Shown: positions 57,041 through 64,000 of the stretch, one piece after another
Layout: each line of letters opens with the position of its first letter
How positions within the stretch are numbered: position 1 is the stretch's first letter
Source: Agathobacter sp.
GTDB taxonomy: Bacteria > Bacillota > Clostridia > Lachnospirales > Lachnospiraceae
Direction: 5' to 3'
DNA: 64,000 nucleotides
NCBI GenBank assembly: GCA_022511395.1
Contig: JAFLRQ010000002.1
Coordinates: 4,521 to 68,520 of the forward strand
Notes under the pieces: generated by a model
Seen by the model: only the letters and a program-made list of their open reading frames with translations
Told to the model about the DNA's origin: nothing
The model's database searches: none
Program-made: the position numbers and the translations under genes

Positions 57041-57829
57041 TTAATAATCAAGCATCAGCAGCTTGCGGCAAAGAGCAAGCTTGTCATCATTCCCGTCACT
57101 GTTCTCGAACACCACATGTCCCTGCCGGTCTTCGGTCCTCAGCAGCCCGGCCGCAGCCAGTCTCCTCTGCATTTCGCGGGCCGTTCCCTCTCCGCCGTCA
57201 AAGATCCTCACATGCGAACCAAGTACGCTCCCAATCTGCCTGCGCGCAAAGGGATAGTGCGTGCAGCCTAAAACCACTGCATCCACAGCATTGTCCCGGT
57301 AGTCATAAAGGAGCTCCGTCAGATATTTGTGCAGATCTTCTCCGTCCAGATCTCCCCGCTCCACAAAATCCATCAGCCCCGGACAGGGCAGCGGGAATAT
57401 GTCCGCCTCCTTTTCATACAAAGCCACGAGCCGCCTGAACTTTTCTTCGCGGATTGTCATCGGTGTCGCCATCACCAATACCCGCGGGTGCTCCCCGCTC
57501 TTCGCCGCCGGTTTCACCGCCGGCTCGATCCCCACTATGGGAATATAAGGGTATTGCTCCCGCAGCGTCCGAACCGCAGCGCTGGTCGCTGTGTTGCACG
57601 CCACAACCAGCCCCTTTGCCCCCTGATCGAACAGCCACCGTGCGTGCCCACAGGTCAGGGTCCGCACCGTTTCTGTATCCTTCACGCCGTAAGGAGCATG
57701 CTTCGAATCCCCATAGTAGAGGTAATCTTCCCCGGGCATCAGCCGCGCAAGCTCTCTGAGGACGCTGATCCCACCCACTCCGGAATCAAAGACCGCAATC
57801 GGTCCGCCTGATTGTAATGAGTATTTCAT
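57041..57829 (-). CDS. murI: Glutamate racemase
   Basis: FDSGVGG, PYG.K, VACNTA and LGCTHYP motifs. Confidence 0.96.
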   Translation of the reverse strand: MKYSLQSGGPIAVFDSGVGGISVLRELARLMPGEDYLYYGDSKHAPYGVKDTETVRTLTCGHARWLFDQGAKGLVVACNTATSAAVRTLREQYPYIPIVGIEPAVKPAAKSGEHPRVLVMATPMTIREEKFRRLVALYEKEADIFPLPCPGLMDFVERGDLDGEDLHKYLTELLYDYRDNAVDAVVLGCTHYPFARRQIGSVLGSHVRIFDGGEGTAREMQRRLAAAGLLRTEDRQGHVVFENSDGNDDKLALCRKLLMLDY

Positions 57830-57910
57830 CAGTTATCCTTTCCACCCTTGCAATCTGTCAGAGGTTAGTGATATAATAAGGCTGGCATGTAATGTTATTC
57901 GGAGGAACCT

Positions 57911-58327
57911 ATGGTAACGGAAGAAGGACTTTTTGGCAATTTCAAACAATGCAAAGAATGCGGTCGGGCTCTCTCCCAGCACTATGAGGGTGATTTATGC
58001 CCAAGATGCATAGATGCCGGACTGTTCCGCGAAGTGAAGGAATTCATCCGCTCCAACAATGTTAACGAGTACGAGGTAGCCGAGCACTTTCACATTCATC
58101 TCAAACAGGTAAAAGAGTGGATTCGTGAGGGACGCATCGAATACTGTATTGACGATCCCTCATCGAATGTGTCCAGCCTGCACTGTCAGCGCTGCGGTGT
58201 AGCCGTTAATTTCGGCACCCTCTGCCCCAAATGCCTCAAGCTCCTAAACGGCAACAAGGGATACACCTCCGACACTCCCGGAGAGGACAGCCGTATGCGG
58301 TTCCTCGATCGCGGAAACAAAACCTGA
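57911..58327 (+). CDS. Second YvyF-like zinc-binding protein
   Basis: CKECG..CPRC, KEWIREGRIE, CQRCG..CPKC, C-terminal MRFL; GGAGG RBS. Confidence 0.75.
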   Translation: MVTEEGLFGNFKQCKECGRALSQHYEGDLCPRCIDAGLFREVKEFIRSNNVNEYEVAEHFHIHLKQVKEWIREGRIEYCIDDPSSNVSSLHCQRCGVAVNFGTLCPKCLKLLNGNKGYTSDTPGEDSRMRFLDRGNKT

Positions 58328-58332
58328 TCTCA

Positions 58333-58360
58333 CAAAAAGAGTCGCTTGCGACTCTTTTGT
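58333..58360. terminator. Bidirectional terminator
   Basis: AAAAGAGTCGC-tt-GCGACTCTTTT between convergent genes. Confidence 0.8.
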
Positions 58361-58370
58361 TATGCCCGTT

Positions 58371-58868
58371 TTACCGTCTGCGAATGACCTTCTGCGCATA
58401 CTTTACCATCATGGCATCCAAATATTTGTCATCCGGTTCAAACCGGATCAATAAAGTCTGCCCCCCATGATTGATCACCATGACATAGCAGGGAACTCCT
58501 TTTTGGTGAGAGGTGTAGTCCTTCACCTTTGCCGTGTGATCCCCCTGATACTTCATGACACTGCGATCCTCCGCCGGGGCAATCTGGGCAACCTCATCCA
58601 TCGAATATACCGCCAGTGATCTGCGGCGGCTCTTGTTGATCACCTTCGCAAATCGAACCTCCCCATCAAAATAAGAGTATTCAAACTCTTTGTTCGTCTG
58701 AAAGGTAAGCCAATACCCCAGCGCAGCAAACGCAAAGGCCAGCAGAACCAGAAGCGGGTTCCAGCAGGACAGCACAACTGTCCCCAATGCAAGCGCAAAG
58801 CAGAAGATTCCGATGAACGGCACGATCATATTTCGTTTCACCGGCACCAATACATAGATTTCCAACAT
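58371..58868 (-). CDS. Two-TM conserved protein (DUF6106-like)
   Basis: EFEY..F..G....AKVINKSRR and FEP motifs; AAGGAG RBS. Confidence 0.7.
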   Translation of the reverse strand: MLEIYVLVPVKRNMIVPFIGIFCFALALGTVVLSCWNPLLVLLAFAFAALGYWLTFQTNKEFEYSYFDGEVRFAKVINKSRRRSLAVYSMDEVAQIAPAEDRSVMKYQGDHTAKVKDYTSHQKGVPCYVMVINHGGQTLLIRFEPDDKYLDAMMVKYAQKVIRRR

Positions 58869-58883
58869 ACTTACTCCTTTACA

Positions 58884-58914
58884 AAAAGGGAGCCCTGTGT
58901 TAAGGCTCCCTTTT
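58884..58914 (-). terminator. Intrinsic terminator
   Basis: AAAAGGGAGCC..GGCTCCCTTTT. Confidence 0.75.
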
Positions 58915-58932
58915 ATCCATAAAAACACTCAA

Positions 58933-59382
58933 TTAGAACAAATCCACGTTGCCGTCAAACTTGCCGCCATTAATTACATAGTATGCCTTATTTTCCTCAG
59001 TCACAATGTAGATTTCCATCTGCTTGATTGCTCCTGCTCTGTGTCCCTCGGCAATAAACTTGTTCAAAATTTTCTCCTGAACGGCTGTCGTTTCGACCTC
59101 TTTGCCGCCGAACTGAAGTACTGTCTTGATCACATCATCGGCAACCTTCTTAACCACCGACGAGTTCTTACCTGTGGTTTTCTTCTTTGCAGCTCCGGTC
59201 TTCTTTGCAGCAGCTGCTTTCTTAGTGGTCTTTGCAGCTCCGGTTTTCTTTGCAGCCGGCGCCTTCCCCTCGTTTGCCACTGTCTTAGCAGTTTCCTTTA
59301 CATCAGCCTTTGTTGCAGCTACTGTCGCCTTCTCTTCGCTCTTTGCAACCGGTGCTGCTGTCTTGGTTTCCTTGTTCTCCAT
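58933..59382 (-). CDS. Lys/Ala-rich protein with a DUF6465-like C-terminal domain
   Basis: AAKK repeats, followed by LQFGGKE...IYI..EENKAYYVIN. Confidence 0.75.
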   Translation of the reverse strand: MENKETKTAAPVAKSEEKATVAATKADVKETAKTVANEGKAPAAKKTGAAKTTKKAAAAKKTGAAKKKTTGKNSSVVKKVADDVIKTVLQFGGKEVETTAVQEKILNKFIAEGHRAGAIKQMEIYIVTEENKAYYVINGGKFDGNVDLF

Positions 59383-59407
59383 GATATTACCCTCCTATAA
59401 TTTTTAT

Positions 59408-59662
59408 TTACGCACAGACTAAAAAATTCTCTATAGCAACAAGTGCCTCCTTCTCGTCAGCTCCGCTTGTCACAATATCCACAGACATCCCTTCTGATGG
59501 ATTGAACGCCATAATACCCATGATACTCTTTGCATTAATCCGGCGGTTATCGCTTTCAAGCATAATATCACTGTCGAACCTACAAGCCACCTGAACAAGT
59601 TCAGCAATTGGATTATCATGTCCTTCAGCCACGTTTGAAACAACAATATTTTTTCTACTCAT
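59408..59662 (-). CDS. Second HPr-family protein (Crh-like, atypical His15 loop)
   Basis: INAKSIMG Ser46 motif; EGHDNP in place of GLHARP. Confidence 0.85.
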   Translation of the reverse strand: MSRKNIVVSNVAEGHDNPIAELVQVACRFDSDIMLESDNRRINAKSIMGIMAFNPSEGMSVDIVTSGADEKEALVAIENFLVCA

Positions 59663-59790
59663 ACGCGCTCCTTTTCCAACTCTGTGCAAACACACAATTA
59701 GAATATACCTTAATTTTTCATTAATTGCAACAGTTGCATAAAATTTTGTTAATGATCACGAATGAGCGTGGAAACCATGCAACAAATTGT

Positions 59791-62337
59791 TCAAATTAAC
59801 AACTTTTTTTCACTTAAGTAAGTGAAAAAAACATTGCCGGCATCCGAAAACCACTGATCGGCATTTTCATACGACATGGATTGTGTTACTCCTCTGGATG
59901 GATCAAAATAATAGATCACACTTGCAGTGTAACCGGTCACAAGTACCGCACTGTCACTTCCTGTGAGCGCAAACACCGGACTGCCTTCGCTCACATAATA
60001 CACAATTTCATTCACCGTACACCCCGACACATCCAGAACCTCCTTGTCCTTCAAGGTTGATTCAAGCGCGCTTTTCGGGGTCTCCCCGTTTTCGATCAGC
60101 TCCTTCACACTGAGGCCCTCGCCGCAGTATTCCAACATGGCGGATACCGCCTGCACCAGCGTGGAGGATCCGCGGTCCGCGTCGTTGACCGTCACGCCCC
60201 TGAAGGGATCCCGATAGGTTCGCCTCGCCCTCATCCAGATGTATCTCTGATTATTGTCCACAACGACCCCGAGCCGCTCATTGGCCCGCAGGATTGCATC
60301 GGTAATATTGTCCGTAGCCAGAAGAACGTCCCCCTTCATGTAAACATAAAAACGCTCCTGCTGCTCCCGCTGTTCATCAAAAGATAGAATTTTCATTTCA
60401 TCCTGCACAACCGCCTTTGATGTCACCATCACGGTCTTCACTCTCTCGGACGAATTATGGGGTGTGATTGTGCGCTCCGTCTCCTTCTTCGCCGTGACAA
60501 GCTTGCCCACGGACACACGCCCCTCCGCCTCCGCAACGCGGTTCATGATCGCGTCCGTGCCCGAAGAGACATACTGGTCCTCGGATTTACAGATCAGGTT
60601 CACATTGATCATATAATCATCCACGGAGATGGATTCGATCTTGGCTCCCTCCTGCCGATAGGTTTTTAATATCTCATGCCCTCCCGAAGCAAACGACATA
60701 ATTTTCAGCCAATTCATTGGAAACACGGGGTTTCCGGCGGCATCCACCGTCACTTCTTCCGCAGAAGCCGCACCAAAAATAAAATCCTCGTCAATAAAGG
60801 CCAGCGGGCGCATATATAAGTTTTTTTCATCCACGATATCATAGACAGAACCATTTGAAAAATCCATCATCCGAATTGTTTGGCTGGAGTATTCCGCCTC
60901 CCTGTCTACCCACGCAAAATAGCGGTTGGATGCCGATGCACAGTAGCAGCTCTCCTTCAGACGCTCCACCACAACCTTTGTCTCCATTGTGTTGAGATCT
61001 ACACTGTACAGATTCCGGTCGATCATCAGGTACAGGATGTCCTGGTCATTCATATACATGAGCTGCCCCATCTCCGCCTTCAGAATTTCAAAGGATTCCT
61101 TAAACGGAATGAACACCTCCTCATCCACGGTGTGAACCAGTCCGTCAAAATGGTACACCCCGATTCCGACCTCCCCCTCGTGCTCTCCGCGGTTCATATA
61201 TCCGTATACGACAAAATCGACACTTCCCGCCTCGTCCACGCGCACAATCTTGATCTCGTGCTGATCCCAGTTTTCCCTTGCATCAATCCCTTCCGCTCCG
61301 CGGAAGCTGAACACCTGGGCGATTTTCCCGCCCAGACGGTCATAGCACCAGAGCTCGCCCTCCTGCACAAAGGCAATTTTGTCGCCGGTCTCGCTGGCAG
61401 CATACCCGATATCCGGATTGCGAATCCCCAGCATAATGCTTCCGTTCTCCAAAAGAAACGTATTCTCTCCCCGGAAGATCTGGTTCATCCTGCGCTCAAA
61501 ATTGAGCACATACATACGGGTCGTAGTGAGGCGCAGACGGTAATACTCCTCCACATTGTAAAAATCCGTCTCTCCGGAAGCGTTCTGGCTGGACATCACA
61601 TAGGAGAGCGTGAGCACATCGTAGGAATCGTTCAGCTCCTTGAAAGACGGCACAGGCTCCGTCAGCCTCACCCCCGGAAATTCCGCCCATGTAATCTGCT
61701 TGAGCGTGCAGCTTAAATCCACGTAATCGAGCGTGGTCGGATCTCCTGTTGCCGGATCCATATAAGTCGGGATAAAGCGGTCCGCATCATCCCGAAACGT
61801 ATAATCGTGAAACTGAAGCGCAAACTCCAGAGAATCCTTTGCCGTTCCGGTCGTCTGCATAAGCCTTGTATAATAAAAGATCTCATCCTCCCCGGAAGTC
61901 AGGGTGATGATCATCACATACTCTTCATTTTCCACAAGAAGGTTTTGAATCGCAAGCACGCCGCTGATCCGTCCTCTGACCAGACTGTAGTCGCTCACAT
62001 CATTTTTTGCAACCAGCCGCTTGGAATCCATACTGCGGATTTCATAACGAATTCTGTCAATTTTTCGTCCATAAGTAACCACAGAGATCGGCAGCAGCCT
62101 GTCGTCTGCGACCGGCGTGATTGTATCCCGCATGGCAGTGGCATCCATCTCCTCCACATAGCCGTGCAGTTCATTGATGATCGTGTCATTATATGAAAAA
62201 TAGATGAGCGGCAGGCTTGCCTCCGCCATGGCCGTAGTCAAATCCGGCTTGTCCTGATTCAGCGTAAAACCGAAGGTGACGAGCGCGGAAATAAAAACCA
62301 CCGTCATCACAATCAGCTTGATAATTTTTCGTTTCAT
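59791..62337 (-). CDS. Large membrane-anchored hypothetical protein with a degenerate C39-peptidase-like C-terminus
   Basis: N-terminal signal/TM segment; C-terminal G.PV...AVLVTGY...YFDP pattern. Confidence 0.75.
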   Translation of the reverse strand: MKRKIIKLIVMTVVFISALVTFGFTLNQDKPDLTTAMAEASLPLIYFSYNDTIINELHGYVEEMDATAMRDTITPVADDRLLPISVVTYGRKIDRIRYEIRSMDSKRLVAKNDVSDYSLVRGRISGVLAIQNLLVENEEYVMIITLTSGEDEIFYYTRLMQTTGTAKDSLEFALQFHDYTFRDDADRFIPTYMDPATGDPTTLDYVDLSCTLKQITWAEFPGVRLTEPVPSFKELNDSYDVLTLSYVMSSQNASGETDFYNVEEYYRLRLTTTRMYVLNFERRMNQIFRGENTFLLENGSIMLGIRNPDIGYAASETGDKIAFVQEGELWCYDRLGGKIAQVFSFRGAEGIDARENWDQHEIKIVRVDEAGSVDFVVYGYMNRGEHEGEVGIGVYHFDGLVHTVDEEVFIPFKESFEILKAEMGQLMYMNDQDILYLMIDRNLYSVDLNTMETKVVVERLKESCYCASASNRYFAWVDREAEYSSQTIRMMDFSNGSVYDIVDEKNLYMRPLAFIDEDFIFGAASAEEVTVDAAGNPVFPMNWLKIMSFASGGHEILKTYRQEGAKIESISVDDYMINVNLICKSEDQYVSSGTDAIMNRVAEAEGRVSVGKLVTAKKETERTITPHNSSERVKTVMVTSKAVVQDEMKILSFDEQREQQERFYVYMKGDVLLATDNITDAILRANERLGVVVDNNQRYIWMRARRTYRDPFRGVTVNDADRGSSTLVQAVSAMLEYCGEGLSVKELIENGETPKSALESTLKDKEVLDVSGCTVNEIVYYVSEGSPVFALTGSDSAVLVTGYTASVIYYFDPSRGVTQSMSYENADQWFSDAGNVFFTYLSEKKLLI

Positions 62338-62395
62338 GTTTCTGCACCTTTATAATGCGGGGGATATTCCCCCGCACTTGTAACCGCCTTGATGA

Positions 62396-62857
62396 TTACC
62401 ACCAGCGTCTGCAGCGGCGGTGACGACACCTTCTGCGATACATCTCTGTCCCAAACAGCGCGGCAACCAGACTTCTCAGCCAGTTGTCCCGCCCTTCGTC
62501 ACGGCCGGCCGCAGCCATGCTTTTTCCTGAAATTTCCATGGGAACCATGTCAAAGTACTGTCTTTCGCCAGACTGTTTCTCCTGGCCGCCCTCAATCTTC
62601 CGACACAGTTCGTCAATCTCCTTCTGTATCATCATCTGATCCGGCTCCTCGTCGTAGATCCGGCTCCCCTCGCCCTCCAATTCGTCCAGACGGTCCTCCA
62701 CCTGCTTTAAAACCATCTGTACCTCCTTGGGATAATACAGTTTCATTCGTTCGATATCCTTCTCGTACTCCATCTCCGTGAGGTACATATTCTGCATCGG
62801 ATAGGTCATATAGAAGGGAATCTTCGGGTATGATTCATCCTTATAATCCACAGGCAA
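62396..62857 (-). CDS. Hypothetical protein
   Basis: 153 aa, TTG start; YP..,GS.IYDE.PD motif and an Arg-rich C-terminus. Confidence 0.65.
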   Translation of the reverse strand: MPVDYKDESYPKIPFYMTYPMQNMYLTEMEYEKDIERMKLYYPKEVQMVLKQVEDRLDELEGEGSRIYDEEPDQMMIQKEIDELCRKIEGGQEKQSGERQYFDMVPMEISGKSMAAAGRDEGRDNWLRSLVAALFGTEMYRRRCRHRRCRRWW

Positions 62858-62917
62858 CGCTCCAAGCTGTTATCATTATAGAGTATGCAGCCGCAGATCA
62901 ATCGGTACCTGTCTTCC

Positions 62918-63352
62918 TTAATCCTCAGAAGCCACTTCCTCAATATAATCGGCACTGACATAGCCGGTCCTTCCCTGATATTCCAAGACCGCCCATCCAT
63001 CCTCCTCGCCGAGCAGCTCAAACTGAGTCCCCTCCGCAAGAACCGTAATCACCGCACAGTTGGTATTCGGCTCAGCTCGCATATTTACACGGGTTGTCGT
63101 CCTCATGACCGGGTTGGGCTCCTCCTGCGAGGGCTCTTCGGATGGCTCTTCGGAGTCCTCCGTACCTTCACTGGGCTCCTCCGGCGCCGGCAGATTCTGT
63201 GTCTCCTGCGTCTGCTGCGTATCCGGCTTTCCGGATGTCGGGTTTTTCTTCAGCAAAAAAATCAGACCTACTATTGCCGCTGCCACAAGCAGACAGAACA
63301 CCGCAAAAATTATCCTCGCGAGGATTACATCTTTTCTGTGACTTTTCTTCAT
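62918..63352 (-). CDS. Membrane-anchored SH3b-domain protein
   Basis: TM helix, EEPS linker, VNMR...GW...GYVSADY. Confidence 0.85.
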   Translation of the reverse strand: MKKSHRKDVILARIIFAVFCLLVAAAIVGLIFLLKKNPTSGKPDTQQTQETQNLPAPEEPSEGTEDSEEPSEEPSQEEPNPVMRTTTRVNMRAEPNTNCAVITVLAEGTQFELLGEEDGWAVLEYQGRTGYVSADYIEEVASED

Positions 63353-63481
63353 ATATCGTTCCCCCTTATCCTATGTTCTGTCTGCAGACGGCCATTCTCT
63401 TATAAGTCATGATACTACAGGGACTCCGCTTTGTCCACGGTTTGTTCAAAACCCTTACAATTTTCTCAGTCCTGCCGCCCT

Positions 63482-64000
63482 TTACTCCAGCAGCAGCTCC
63501 TCCACGGTCACAAATTCATAGCCCTGCTCCGAGAGCGCGTCAATCACTGCAAAGGCCGCCTGCACCGAGGACGACGAGGCATCGTGAAGAAGGATGATCG
63601 TCCCTCCCCCGTTCACTGCTTTTATAATTCGCCTTGCCACGACGTCCTTATTTGTTGTCGCCCAGTCTAACGGATCCACATCCCAGAGCACCTCAATCAT
63701 GGGCACCTTGTCATTCAAAGACTTCTTCCAGCAGCCGTAAGGCGGACGAATAAAGCCGGGATACTCTCCGGCCACCGCTTCAATGGCATCTCCTGTCGTT
63801 TGAATCTGCCGCATTGCCGCCTCATCTCCGATCTGACTGAAATTCACATGCTCATAGGAGTGCACTCCGATCAGATGACCGTCCTCCTTTATTTTTTTCA
63901 CAATTTCCGGATATAATTCCACTTCTTTGCCCAAAAGAAAAAACGTGGCTTTCACATCACGTTTTTTCAGTCCCTGCAGCAGCTTATTCGTGTAGAGAGG
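63482..64000 (-). CDS. Polysaccharide deacetylase (CE4/NodB), 5' end outside the window
   Basis: ATFF, HSYEH, RPPYG, DPLDW and ILLHD motifs; frame stays open to the window edge. Confidence 0.9.
   Translation of the reverse strand, partial: PLYTNKLLQGLKKRDVKATFFLLGKEVELYPEIVKKIKEDGHLIGVHSYEHVNFSQIGDEAAMRQIQTTGDAIEAVAGEYPGFIRPPYGCWKKSLNDKVPMIEVLWDVDPLDWATTNKDVVARRIIKAVNGGGTIILLHDASSSSVQAAFAVIDALSEQGYEFVTVEELLLE

Overview
This 64-kb window looks like core chromosome from a Lachnospiraceae-like Firmicute; the taxon is inferred from gene order and protein families. Nearly all genes lie on the minus strand. In order, it contains: a teichoic-acid/phosphocholine-type surface polymer cluster; HPr-glmM-cdaR-cdaA; comF/yvyF; hom; an SPFH gene; prfB with its programmed +1 frameshift; ctpA-ftsXE; three tandem peptidoglycan hydrolases; tRNA-Gln(CUG); a GGDEF-EAL-beta-helix protein; PBP1A; an Amt-PII fusion with GSIII; fba; whiA-rapZ-murB; hprK-uvrC-ftsH; pyrG; murI; and several conserved hypotheticals. 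I found no transposase, integrase, prophage, CRISPR array or rRNA. The most unusual signals are non-coding: (1) a promoter/hairpin/anti-RBS/terminator unit at 56843-56960 that is either an sRNA or an 11-aa sORF; (2) a dispersed hairpin element with cGNAg triloops immediately after two stop codons (16387-16446 and 55182-55270); (3) a non-origin DnaA-box cluster at 24760-24829; (4) a TGTTAC direct-repeat operator in front of the hydrolase trio; (5) ANTAR-like attenuators in the nitrogen genes. All family calls come from motif recognition; no database search was run.
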